DNA of 64,000 nt from Candidatus Eiseniibacteriota bacterium (GTDB taxonomy: Bacteria; Eisenbacteria; RBG-16-71-46; CAIMUX01; VGJL01), in the NCBI GenBank assembly GCA_041946735.1, contig JBHGAY010000009.1, positions 1 to 64,000 of the forward strand, written 5' to 3'. Made by a program: the position numbers and the translations under genes. Numbering within the stretch: position 1 is the first letter of the stretch; the number at the start of each line of letters is the position of its first letter. Below the pieces are notes generated by a model, which saw only the letters and a program-made list of their open reading frames with translations, had not been told where the DNA came from and did no database searches. Positions 1-10,000 of this stretch are shown piece by piece.

Positions 1-275
1 GATTCGCCCGTACCGGCGGCATTCTCGAGATCGAGAACGACCCGGGTGAAACCCTCGTGCGCCCCCGTACGGATGTCGGCAAGGCGGCCGGCGATCGCGG
101 GGCGATCGATCCAGGAGGGCTTGATTGCCAGCAGCAGGGGGAGCAGGAGCATCAACACGGGCAAGAGGGCGAGCGCCCGCGCGACCACGATCCAAGGGAT
201 CGACGGCGAGGAGAACATCGAGAAGAGAGCCATCCGCAGTCCGGGCGTCTCGGGCATCGTTCGTCTCGGGTGCAT
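1..275 (-). CDS. N-terminal part of an exported protein with an AMIN-like domain (possibly N-acetylmuramoyl-L-alanine amidase); runs off the window edge
   Basis: Manual translation gives MHPRRTMPETPGLRMALFSM...ALALLPVLMLLLPLLLA...RLADIRTGAHEGFTRVVLDLE. A hydrophobic leader is followed by an AMIN-type 'IR....TRVVLDL' pattern. Lies downstream of the M23 peptidase. Start uncertain. Confidence 0.5.
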   Translation of the reverse strand, partial: MHPRRTMPETPGLRMALFSMFSSPSIPWIVVARALALLPVLMLLLPLLLAIKPSWIDRPAIAGRLADIRTGAHEGFTRVVLDLENAAGTGE

Positions 276-394
276 GCCGCGTCGGATCCAGATCGGGCCG
301 GATTCGACTGGTCGGACGCAGAATACCTTCGTGCGGCGGGTCGTGCTACAACCCGATCGCGAAGTCGATGCGCCGGCCATCCGGCGCCGCCCGC

Positions 395-1327
395 TCAGTC
401 GACGATGACCGCCAGCGAAAGGATGAACTTCTCCGGATCGACGGGCCGTCCGTCGCGCCAGACCTCGTAATGGAGGTGAGAGCCGGTGGAGCGTCCCGAG
501 GTGCCTACCGCTCCGATGGACTTGCCCCTCCGCACCGGATCGCCCGGTTTCACGCAGGCGGAGGAGAGGTGGCAGTACGAGGTGGTGATGCCTTCGCCAT
601 GGTCGATTTGCACCGAGAGACCGTAGTCCCCATTGTAGCCGACGAACACGACGTCCCCGTCGGCGGTGGCGAGAACCGGCGTTCCCGGGGCCGCGCGCAG
701 GTCGAGACCGTTGTGGTTCCCCCTGGAGCCCGTGAAGGGATCGACCCGAGACCCGAAGCCGCTCGAGAGGCTGTAGCCCGAGCGCAGCGGACAGATGGTC
801 GGGATCCGCGCCAGCTTCTCCCTCCGGTCCTGCAGGCTCGCCAGAACCTCCGACATGCTCTGCGTCTGGAAATGCACCTGGCGCTGCAGAGACTCCAGCC
901 GCTCCCCCTGCCTTCCGAGATCGCGCCGCAGGTCATCCGAACGGATCTGCGAGTCGACGGCGACGGCCAGCATCGGCCCCCCGATCCCGAGCCTTCTCGT
1001 CTGCTCGTCGATCGGATCCAGGCCGGCGAGCAGCCGCGCCTCGCGCTCCTGCTGGCCAAGAAGAGAGATCCCTTCCTGCAGCTCCTTCGCCGTCTTCTCC
1101 AAGCCGGTCAGCCGGTCGCGCAGCGCTTCGTTCTCGCTCGCGAGAGTGCGGGACCGTTCGACATCCCGGATCGTGCGGACGTGGAACGCGAGAGAGGTGC
1201 CGAGACCGAGAACCAGGAGGCCGAGGGTGAGGGCTCCCAGGCGGATCATGCGGGCGGAGATGCGGAAGTTTCGGATCTCCCCGCCGTCCTCAGGCATCAG
1301 GACGACGTGGAGGAATCGACCTCCCAT
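395..1327 (-). CDS. M23 family metallopeptidase
   Basis: N-terminal TM helix and coiled coil, then SSGFGSRVDPF, HNGLDL and STGSHLHYEV (M23 zinc motifs). AGGAGG lies upstream of the ATG at 1327. Confidence 0.92.
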   Translation of the reverse strand: MGGRFLHVVLMPEDGGEIRNFRISARMIRLGALTLGLLVLGLGTSLAFHVRTIRDVERSRTLASENEALRDRLTGLEKTAKELQEGISLLGQQEREARLLAGLDPIDEQTRRLGIGGPMLAVAVDSQIRSDDLRRDLGRQGERLESLQRQVHFQTQSMSEVLASLQDRREKLARIPTICPLRSGYSLSSGFGSRVDPFTGSRGNHNGLDLRAAPGTPVLATADGDVVFVGYNGDYGLSVQIDHGEGITTSYCHLSSACVKPGDPVRRGKSIGAVGTSGRSTGSHLHYEVWRDGRPVDPEKFILSLAVIVD

Positions 1328-1532
1328 GAGCCTCCTCCTTCCTGGCAACGTCGAAGGAGCGCCGCGCGCTGGCAAATCGACGGCACAGCGGTGCTCCGTC
1401 CTCAGGCAAAACCCAGGCAGGACGCTAGCGACGGGCGGAAGGGAGCGTCAAGCGCCGAAATCCCGAGAATGGTGGATTAGGCGGTGGAAATGACGTATTT
1501 AAAGGGCATCCCCGTGGGATCGTAGGCCGAGG

Positions 1533-2984
1533 CTATCGAGCGCGGACGGCGAGGAACGTGCGTCCCGATCCCCTCTGAATGCGGAAGACGACGACGCCCC
1601 TGTCCTCGATCGCATGAGCGACGGCCTTGCGGAACTGAGTCGCAGACTTCACCGGCTCCCAGCCGACGTCGAGGATGAGGTCCCCCGCGCGGAGACCGGA
1701 TCGGAATGCCGGGCCCCCGCTCGTCACCGAATCGACGACCACCCCGTCGGTCAGTCCATTGAAGTCGGACAGGAACAGACCGATGTCCTCCGGCTCGCTC
1801 TTCTCCTCCGGCTCCGGCATCGGCGGGACGGGGTCTTCGCGCTCGATCAGCTCGACGACGAAGTCACGAGGCTCTCCCTTGCGCAGCACGCGGATCGGCA
1901 TCTTCTCGCCGATCCTGGCGCTCGCGACCGTCATCCGGAAGGCGGACACATCCGACACCGGAGAGCCGCCGAACTCCACGACGACGTCCCCCTCCTTCAG
2001 CCCGGCCTTCCCCGCCGGCGTGTCCGGCTGGACGTCCGAGATGACCACGCCGTGCATGCCCGCGATTCCCCAACCGGCCGCAAGATCCGGATCGAGCGGG
2101 ATCAAGTTGACGCCAAGAAATGCCCGGGGCACACGCCCGTTCTTGATCAGCTGGTCGGCCACCTCACGGGCGAGATTGATCGAGATGGCGAAGCCGATAC
2201 CGTTGCCGGGCGAGTTGAAGGCCGTATTGACGCCGACCGCCTCGCCCTCGGCGTTGACCAGAGGCCCCCCGCTGTTGCCGGGATTGATCGACGCATCGGT
2301 CTGAATGAAGTCCTGATAAGAAGGGCTCCCCCCGCGGATCGCGATGTCGCTCCGCCCCTTGCCGCTGACGATCCCCACCGTGACGCTGCCTTCGAGCATC
2401 CCGAGCGGATTGCCGATGGCGATCACCCAGTCGCCGATGCGCACGTCCCGGTCGTCCCCCATCGGAACGACGGGAAGCGGCTCGGGCGAGTCGACACGGA
2501 CGACCGCGATGTCCGTCATCGGATCTCGGCCAACAAGCGTGCCGGCAAGCACGCGACCGCCCGGGAGGTGGACGTCGATCCGGACCCCATCGCGGACGAC
2601 GTGATCGTTCGTGATGATATGGCCCTCGGAGTCGATGACGAATCCGCTCCCGGAAGAGGGAATCTCGAACTCCTCATCCCGCAATTCGGGCTCCATCTCG
2701 TCCCAGATTTCCGAGTCCCCGAGGAGGTCGCTGTGCCGGAACCGCTTCTCGACGTCGATCGAGACGACTGCCGGCAGCACGCGGTCGACGACGGGCGCGA
2801 AGAGAGAGCTTGCGGCCGCTCGATCGCCGGCGCCTTCGGACGCGGGGAGCGCGGACGCGCGGTCCTTCCGCCCGCTCCAGGAGATCAGCCCGATGGCCAC
2901 GAGGGAGGCGGCTGCCAGAAGCAGGACGGCCCAGAGGACCGCCCGGACCGTGGCGACGGCGGATTCGACGCGGTCGCGATTCAG
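1533..2984 (-). CDS. Do/HtrA (DegP-like) serine endoprotease with two PDZ domains
   Basis: SGSGF, TNDHVV (His), TDIAVV (Asp), INPGNSGGPL (Ser), two PDZ-like C-terminal repeats and an N-terminal TM. Start uncertain. Confidence 0.92.
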   Translation of the reverse strand: MNRDRVESAVATVRAVLWAVLLLAAASLVAIGLISWSGRKDRASALPASEGAGDRAAASSLFAPVVDRVLPAVVSIDVEKRFRHSDLLGDSEIWDEMEPELRDEEFEIPSSGSGFVIDSEGHIITNDHVVRDGVRIDVHLPGGRVLAGTLVGRDPMTDIAVVRVDSPEPLPVVPMGDDRDVRIGDWVIAIGNPLGMLEGSVTVGIVSGKGRSDIAIRGGSPSYQDFIQTDASINPGNSGGPLVNAEGEAVGVNTAFNSPGNGIGFAISINLAREVADQLIKNGRVPRAFLGVNLIPLDPDLAAGWGIAGMHGVVISDVQPDTPAGKAGLKEGDVVVEFGGSPVSDVSAFRMTVASARIGEKMPIRVLRKGEPRDFVVELIEREDPVPPMPEPEEKSEPEDIGLFLSDFNGLTDGVVVDSVTSGGPAFRSGLRAGDLILDVGWEPVKSATQFRKAVAHAIEDRGVVVFRIQRGSGRTFLAVRAR

Positions 2985-3346
2985 AAGGAACCCCCTTCTC
3001 GACCGCTCGCGCGGTCCTCGAAGCCGCCCGTGCTCACCGACGACCGGATGCGATCGATCTCCGCCTCGCGCGCCATCCTCTCCGATTCCAGCTCGAGGAC
3101 CCGCCGCACGATCTGCTCGGTCAACGGATCGTCCTCGATCGGGGCCCGGTCCCCGCGCCGGACCCGTTCCAAGGTACGTGTGCCAAGCTCCGCAAGCTCC
3201 TTCTGCATCTCCCGGCGGATCCCGAGAAGATCGAGCTGGAGCCGGCCGACGCGCGCGAACTGCTCGGCGCGATTGCCGGCGGCGGCAACGAGGTCCCGCG
3301 CGTTGCGGGCAATGCGCGAACCCGATCCTTCCTTTTCGTAGGTCAT
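2981..3346 (-). CDS. hypothetical helical/coiled-coil protein
   Basis: MTYEKEGSG...RLQLDLLGIRREMQKELAELG.... Amphipathic helical composition; abuts the htrA start. Confidence 0.6.
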   Translation of the reverse strand: MTYEKEGSGSRIARNARDLVAAAGNRAEQFARVGRLQLDLLGIRREMQKELAELGTRTLERVRRGDRAPIEDDPLTEQIVRRVLELESERMAREAEIDRIRSSVSTGGFEDRASGREGGSF

Positions 3347-3585
3347 CTTCGTCGACCTCGTGCCGACTGGCCGGTCCTTGCCGGATCTGAAGCAGTCCCG
3401 TGTGGCAATCCCGAGAAGCAATCCCGAGCCGTTCGGACCGGTCCTGAGCATCACGAACGCTTCCGAGCGGTTCACGAGCGGCCGCGAGCCCAGCCCGCCG
3501 CCCGAAGGTCGGGTTCACGTGGATGCTAACACAGGGCCGCCGGGCTGAGATGCGGCCCATCGCCCGCTCGGCTACACTCGCCCCG

Positions 3586-4398
3586 ATGCTCGAGCCATTC
3601 GGAGAGAAGCGGGGGCCGGTCGTGTTCGTGAGCGACGCCCACCTGGGAGCGCCCGCTGGGGCCCGGGAGAGGGCGGACTGGTTCGCGGCGTTCCTCCGGT
3701 CGCTGATCGGCAAGATCGGCGGCCTGCTCGTGGTCGGGGACCTCTTCGACTTCTGGTTCGAGTACCGCCGGGCGATACCGAAGGGCCACTTTCAGGTCTG
3801 CCGGGCGCTCGCCGACATCGTGGGGACCGGGGTTCCCGTCCTCTACTTCGGGGGGAATCACGACTTCTGGTCGGGCAGCTACCTGCGAAGCGAGATCGGG
3901 ATGCAGGTGACGGAAAGGCCCCGGTCGCTGCAGATCCAGGGCCGCTCCCTCTTCGTTGCCCATGGCGACGGACTGGGACGGGGCGACCTCGGCTACCGGG
4001 TTCTCAAGCGCGTGCTGCGGAACCCCCTGGCGATCTCCCTCTACCGGGCGATCCATCCCGACCTTGGGATCCCCTTCGCCCACGCCTTCTCCGCCGTCAG
4101 CCGGAAGCACACCCTCCCCCGGGAGGTGCTCGTGCCCAGGCTCATCAGGGATATCGCCCGCCCGCATCTGGAGGAGGGGCACGACGCGGTCGTGATCGGT
4201 CACGTGCACGAGCCGACGCACCTGAGGCTCGCCGAGGGAGAGTTCGTGATTCTCGGAGACTGGCTCGAGAACTTCACCTACCTCGTCATGGAGAACGGAG
4301 CCCTCGAGCTGCGCCGGCACAGGCCGGGGATCGGGGACGTAGCGATCCCATGCGGCAATCCGGCGAATCCCGGAGCGGCTATTGGCGCCGGTAGGTGA
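3586..4398 (+). CDS. lpxH: UDP-2,3-diacylglucosamine diphosphatase (metallophosphoesterase)
   Basis: SDAHLG, GDLFDFWFEY, GNHDFW, HGD and GHVH motifs. Confidence 0.82.
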   Translation: MLEPFGEKRGPVVFVSDAHLGAPAGARERADWFAAFLRSLIGKIGGLLVVGDLFDFWFEYRRAIPKGHFQVCRALADIVGTGVPVLYFGGNHDFWSGSYLRSEIGMQVTERPRSLQIQGRSLFVAHGDGLGRGDLGYRVLKRVLRNPLAISLYRAIHPDLGIPFAHAFSAVSRKHTLPREVLVPRLIRDIARPHLEEGHDAVVIGHVHEPTHLRLAEGEFVILGDWLENFTYLVMENGALELRRHRPGIGDVAIPCGNPANPGAAIGAGR

Positions 4399-5308
4399 TC
4401 CCGATGCGATGCTGCGTCCCCAGGTCGTCGCCGAAGGGGACATACGCATAGTCGGCCTGGACCGAACCCTGATGGAGACCGATACCGAAGCTCACGTCCT
4501 CGCTGTCGAGCCCGCTCCGATAGCCGAGACGAAGCCGGGCGACTTCGCGCAGCCGGTACTCGACGCCGAGCTGCAGGTTCGGGTCCTCCTCCCGCACCTT
4601 GCGGACTTCCGCGGCGAGCAGGGCCGTGGCTCCGATCGACGGGAGCCGCAGGCGGTAGGTTGCGCCTCCCTGGACGGTCATCGGAAGGCTCAGCTGTTGG
4701 TCCACGTAACGGAGGTTCGGGCCGAGATGCAGCAGAGCGAGGCCGAAGTCGAGCCCGGCGAAGACGTCGCGGCCGAGGACGCCCGCGTCGAGGGAGATGC
4801 CGTCGGCGCTGTACGTGTCGAGCTGCTCCCGGACGTAGCTCGCCCCTACGCCGAGACTCCAGGAGTCGCTCATCTGGTATCCCCCCGCCAGACCGGTGGA
4901 GATCCCGTAATAGCCGAACTTGCCCTGATAGATGCCCGCGTTGTCGTAGGAGTCGAGCTGGTCGCTCCACGTCCCATGCAGGGACACTCCGAGGCCGAGG
5001 CGCCCGAAGCTGCGGGTGATCCCGGCGAACTCCTGGCGGATCGACTGGAAGCTCTCGTTGTGCGCGACGGTCGCCTGCAGTCCAGGTTGGAACGCGAGGG
5101 CGGCCGGATTCCAGTACGTGGCCGAGGGCCCTTCGACGTTCGACACGACCGCATTGCCCATCGCGACGGCCTCGGCGCCGGCGCCGATCTTCAGGTAGGC
5201 CATTCCGACGGGAGCGGCGGATGCGGATCCGAGGACGGTGGATCCGAGGACGGCGAGAGATGCGAGCGCGAAGAGAACCGGCGGCAGCCCCAAACGACGA
5301 CGAGCCAT
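4379..5308 (-). CDS. PorV/PorQ family outer-membrane beta-barrel
   Basis: Signal peptide, then YLKIGAGAEAVAMGNA and YWNPAALA (PorV/FadL-type N-terminus), alternating beta strands and a C-terminal DYAY...HRIGITY. Confidence 0.8.
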   Translation of the reverse strand: MARRRLGLPPVLFALASLAVLGSTVLGSASAAPVGMAYLKIGAGAEAVAMGNAVVSNVEGPSATYWNPAALAFQPGLQATVAHNESFQSIRQEFAGITRSFGRLGLGVSLHGTWSDQLDSYDNAGIYQGKFGYYGISTGLAGGYQMSDSWSLGVGASYVREQLDTYSADGISLDAGVLGRDVFAGLDFGLALLHLGPNLRYVDQQLSLPMTVQGGATYRLRLPSIGATALLAAEVRKVREEDPNLQLGVEYRLREVARLRLGYRSGLDSEDVSFGIGLHQGSVQADYAYVPFGDDLGTQHRIGITYRRQ

Positions 5309-5424
5309 GAATCTCCCCTGCGGAATGTGACTCCCCTTCGGGCAGGAAACGCTGCGGCGGGAACCGGACGTCATTGCGGTTGCCCGCAGCAACGTCGTGA
5401 GGATAGGGAACGCCTAGAGGCGGG

Positions 5425-6300
5425 TCAACGTGGCGCTGCCCCGGAGGCTGCGGCCTTGCTGCGGGGCGGCCGCCACGAAGCGAGGGCCGGGCTGGCCTCG
5501 CGCAGCTCCTGATTGCCCGGGTCGATTTGATAGGCCCAATCGAGCACGACCTCCTGCGGTGTCACGCGGACAACGCGGAACTTCGCGTAGTGATCGTCTC
5601 TCGTCCAAGCGACGTACACGTGTCCCTCGATCACCTCGACTTCGGCGCGCGGAGACCAACCGTCCGGTGGCGCCCACGTGACGTCGTCGAACTCCGCGAA
5701 ACCCGCATCCTGGAGCTCCGTCAGGAGGCTCGGATCGTCCGGGTCCTCGAGCCCCAGAATCCAGGCCCCGCCATCGGGATCGTAGAGGTAGGCGATATCG
5801 GCGCGCGGGTCGTCGTATCCCGTCACCATCTCGTGCGAGAAGTCGTAAGCGGAACGAGAAGGATCGTCGTTGTAGTTGCGCAAACGCAGGCCGCGGCCTT
5901 CCGGGCGCGGGGTGTCCTGGACCAGCTCCGGGGAGAGATCACTCTCGTTGCCGTCCCAGTCGAGCGCGCTCACCGCATAGTAGTAGGTCTCGCCATTGGT
6001 CACGTCCTGGTCCACGTACTCGACGGAGCTCGCAGGGACGGAGGCGATCTGAACATACGAGCCGGTCGGATGGTCACCCCTGTAGACGCGGTAGCGATCG
6101 AGGTCCGGCTCCTCGTTGGGGTACCAGAGGATCGTCACCTCTTCGTCCCCCGTGATGCTCGTGACCCCTCGCGGAGCGGCGGGGGGATCGAAGTCCGAGC
6201 ACGGGGACGAAGAATCGTCATCGCATCCGGCGGCGAGGATCGCAAGAACTCCGAAAGCCGCCAGGATGGCGCATCCGTGACGAAAGCGAATGGGTCTCAT
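5425..6300 (-). CDS. lipoprotein with a fibronectin type III-like domain
   Basis: Lipobox ILAAG-C, PAAPRGV...VTILW...YRVYR...NGETYYYAVSALDWDGNESDLS. RBS GAGGAGG upstream. Confidence 0.75.
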   Translation of the reverse strand: MRPIRFRHGCAILAAFGVLAILAAGCDDDSSSPCSDFDPPAAPRGVTSITGDEEVTILWYPNEEPDLDRYRVYRGDHPTGSYVQIASVPASSVEYVDQDVTNGETYYYAVSALDWDGNESDLSPELVQDTPRPEGRGLRLRNYNDDPSRSAYDFSHEMVTGYDDPRADIAYLYDPDGGAWILGLEDPDDPSLLTELQDAGFAEFDDVTWAPPDGWSPRAEVEVIEGHVYVAWTRDDHYAKFRVVRVTPQEVVLDWAYQIDPGNQELREASPALASWRPPRSKAAASGAAPR

Positions 6301-6570
6301 CTCATTCCTCCTCGGTCCCTTGGCGAGCGGCGGTTGCGGCGCGTCACGCGGCCGGGCGCCGCGACACAGTCTCGCGCCCAGAACCCCGCCCCGAATCCTC
6401 GGTTCGCGCTCCGCCGGTTGCGAGCGGAAATTGCGACTTCGACCGTCCGACGCACGACGTACAGGGCAACCACGGGGGCAGGACATCGGGGGCGGCAGCC
6501 AAGGCGGAGCGCCCGAGCAGATTCTCGGCCTCGCAACAGGTCGTCTCCAGCCCGGGTCCTGGCAGAGCAG

Positions 6571-6608
6571 ACAGAAAAACAGGTGGGCGGCGCCTGCGCG
6601 CCGCCCAC
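6571..6608 (-). terminator. intrinsic terminator
   Basis: 11-bp perfect stem GTGGGCGGCGC (6583-6593) / GCGCCGCCCAC (6598-6608) with a 4-nt loop, followed on the minus strand by CTGTTTTTCTGT. Confidence 0.75.
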
Positions 6609-6856
6609 GCCTGAGTCCTCGTCCCCACCGGGCTCGGATGATGGCTCGAGAGTCTCGTGTCTCGAAGCCGGGAGAGGGCTCCAGGCGCTACCCCGAGCAG
6701 GAGGGCTCGATGGCGTGGACCGGAATCCTCGAGGGGAGGAGTGCTCTGGGGAACCGGGTCAGTTTCATCCTGGGCTCTTCAGGAGGCTGACCATGAAAAC
6801 CCTGGGCTCTAATGGACGAACCGACCCGGCCCCGAGCTGGAGGTCCCCCCTCCGGC
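6575..6856 (-). ncRNA. putative sigma54-dependent small RNA (~280 nt)
   Basis: Bounded by a -24/-12 promoter (6867-6883) and a terminator. No convincing long ORF. Five exact GAGCCC motifs and several C-rich CCUCC tracts. Confidence 0.5.
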
Positions 6857-6866
6857 AGTGATGCAG

Positions 6867-6883
6867 AGCACCTTCGGTGCCAA
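6867..6883 (-). promoter_or_regulatory. sigma54 (-24/-12) promoter
   Basis: The minus strand reads TTGGCACCGAAGGTGCT (GG-N10-GC, with an intact TGGCAC). It sits directly downstream of a sigma54 activator gene, beyond an AT-richer spacer. Confidence 0.7.
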
Positions 6884-7079
6884 AGTGCCACCAGTAAGCT
6901 CCAGGAAGGAAAAGTAGGCCGAAACCGGGCGAAAAATGCGGCCTCGTGGTGCCACCCAACTTCCCAGAGGGGCTGTCGGGCGCAACCATATCAGGGGACA
7001 ATTGAAAAGAAAGTTGCGAAAGATCTGGCGACAGTGTTCCAAGTCTATGCTATATAAGCAGATGATCCTGACATGGATC

Positions 7080-10000
7080 TTAAGAGGACTTCTTGGATCT
7101 CTTTCGAGTCTCGAGGTCCTCGAGGCCGTAACGACGGATTTTCTCGAGCAGGGCGGGGTAGCTGAGGCGAAGGCGGCGGCTCGCTTCCGACTTGTTGCCT
7201 CCGCAATCGTGAAGCGCGGTACGGATCAGCTCGGTCTCCAGCTGGGCAACGGCTTCCCTCAACGTGTGGGGCTCGCCGGAGCGTTCCTCCAGCCGCCCGA
7301 GGACCTCGGGAGGCAAGAGATCCGGTCCGATCCACTCGCCGTCCTCGCTCAGAACGACGAGGCGACGCACGCACTTCTCCAACTCCCGCACGTTGCCGCG
7401 CCAGTCATGGTCCATGAGGCGTCGCAGGACCTCCCTGGTGACACCCGCCGGCCGGCGATCCATCTCCTGTGTGAAACGCGACTGGAAGCGGCGAACGAGG
7501 ACGGGAATGTCCTCTCGCCGCTCGCGGAGCGGCGGAATGTGGAATTGGAAGTCGTTCAGGCGGTAATAGAGGTCTTCGAGGAAAAGGCCTTCACGGATGG
7601 CGGCCGAAAGGTCGGTGTTCGTCGCGCAGAGGATGCGGACGTTCGCCGTCTTCGAACGGGTCTCTCCGACCGGTCGAAACTCCCTTCGGTCGAGCACGTG
7701 TAGCAACTTCGCCTGGACGTTCCGGTGCGCCCGATCGACCTCGTCCAGGAACAGCGTTCCCCCCTCGGCCTCCTCGATCAGCCCGCGTTTCGTCCGGATC
7801 GCTCCCGTGAAGGCGCCCTGGACGTGACCGAACAGCTCGCTCTCGAGGAGCTGCTCCGGAAGGGCGGCGCAGTTGACCTGCACGAACGGCGCGCTGCGGC
7901 GCCGGCTCGCCTCGTGGATGCAACGGGCGAGAAGTCCCTTGCCCGTGCCTGTCTCCCCCGTGAGGAGAATGTTGGCCTCGCTGTCGGACACCCGCCGCAG
8001 AAGCGTCAGAAGCTGCCTCATGTTCGAGTCGACGGTGAGGAATCCGGAGAAGGCATCTCCCTCCCGCGAAACGGCTTCCTGTTCGGACCGGTCCCTCGCG
8101 TATTGCTCGCGAGCAGCCACGGTGACCGAGATCAAGCTCCCGAACAGGGAAAGCAACCTCAAATCGCGTGAGCCGAAGGCTTCGGCCGATCCCCCGCGCT
8201 CCGCCATCACGATTCCCCACAGGCCTTCGCTCGGCCGCAGGCGAAGCACGACGAACGGTCCCTCCGGACGCCAGCGATCGGCATGCAGAGGATGCAGAAC
8301 GCCGGGAGACGATCGCCCGCCCAGCCAGATCGTCCGGCCGTTCTTCAGGCTCGCTCGCAGCAGCGGATCGAGAGCGCGCAGGGCAGCGGCCGGCCGGTCG
8401 AACCCGATTCCCGCCTCGGCTCGCAGCCGTTCGAGGGAAGGCCCGACGCCGAGCAAAGCCCGATCGACGCGAAGGCGCCCCGCCATCTGCTCGAGCAGTC
8501 GCTGCAGAGCGTCGCGCCCGCCCCCCGGCTGGGTATCGAGCGGGGTGAACTCCTGCAGGATCTGGAACTCCTCGGTGGTTCCGAGCAGGCACTCGGCCTG
8601 ATTCTCCGCGAGTTCCTGCTTCAAGGCCGCCAGGCGGTCCCGGCCGTCGGTCAATCCTTGCGTCTCGAGGAGCGCGAGCCCGCGATCGAGCGAGCGAAGC
8701 GCTCCTTCCAGATCCCCCTCCGCCATCAAGGCGCGCGCGTGGACGTCGACGAACTCGGGTGCGATGCGGACGATGTCGAGCTTCGTCACCACCTCCCAGA
8801 TCGGCTCGAGCATCTCGAGCGCACCGGGGGATGGAGGGACGTCGTGAGGCGCGAGACGCGCACTCTCGAGCAGCAGAGCCGCGTAGCGGATGCGAGAGAG
8901 GGTCTCCTCGTACACATCGGGAGTCGACGCCAGAGCGTCGCACGACCGCTTCAGGAACTTCAGCGCCCTCTCGGGCCGCCCCGATTCCCACGCGGCTTCT
9001 CCGAGCACGCGCAGGGCGGCGCCCCTCTCGCAGTCATTGTGGATGCGGATCGCGATTCTCGCCGCATCGGTCGCCCAGCGGATCGAGGCCACCGCATCGC
9101 CCCGCTGTAGCGCCTCCTCGGCGAGGCGTCGCTGGATCTCACAGACCAGATCGCCCTCGGGGGCGATCGATTCCGCTTGAGTCAAGGCGTCATGGAGGAG
9201 GTTTCTCGCCTCCGCGAGACTGCCATCCTGCACCGCGCTCTCCGCCAGAAACTCCAACGCCAAGACGCTCTCCCGCCGGTAGCCGTGCTTGCGCGCCATG
9301 TCGAGCGCCTGGTGGTAGTGCGAGGCAGCCGATTTCTTCTGGCCCAGACGATGCTTGACGTTCCCGAGGGCGAGGTGCGCGTTCGCGACCGCCGCGGAAT
9401 TGTCGATCTCGCGGAAGGTGAGGAGGGCGCGAGAGAGAGCCTGCAGAGCGCTGGTCCAGTCGCATCGCTTCGTGTAGAGGATCCCCAGGTTGAGGGAATG
9501 AGAAGCGATGCCGGGGAGATTCCCCGCTTCCTCGCTGACCGCGAGCGCACGCTGCATGTAATCGAGCGCTTCACGCCAACGCGGACCCGATTTCAGCAGA
9601 ACGCCGAGATTGTTCAGCGCTCGGGCAATCCCCTCTCGATGGTCGATTCTCCGGAAGGTGAAGAGGGCGCTCTCGTAGAACTCGCGCGCTCGGTCGAACT
9701 GGCCCGTCCGGTACGCGGTGTTTCCGAGCGTCAACTCCAGGAGACCGATCTCCTCGTTGTCGTTTCCCGCCCGGAGGACCTCGTACGCCTTGCCGCACTC
9801 GCTCTCCGCAAGGCGATGCTCCCCCATCAGGTTGTGGACCATCCCCGTCCTGCCGAGGAGCTTGGCCTCGAGATCCCGGTCGATCTCCGGATCGATGGAC
9901 TGGCGAACGCGGTGTAGCTCCGCGAGCGCTTCCCCGTATTCCGCGCGCCTCCGGTGGCACTCCGCGATTCGGAAACGCGCCTCCGCACGCTCCCGTCTCC

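Noticed and set aside
6630..6810. CRISPR-like array from the repeated GGGCTC/CCTGGGCTCT
   Set aside because: The repeats are only 6-10 nt with irregular spacing, and there are no cas genes.
6936..6960. Second sigma54 promoter at TGGCACCACGAGGCC (minus strand)
   Set aside because: GG-to-GC spacing is 9 rather than 10 nt.
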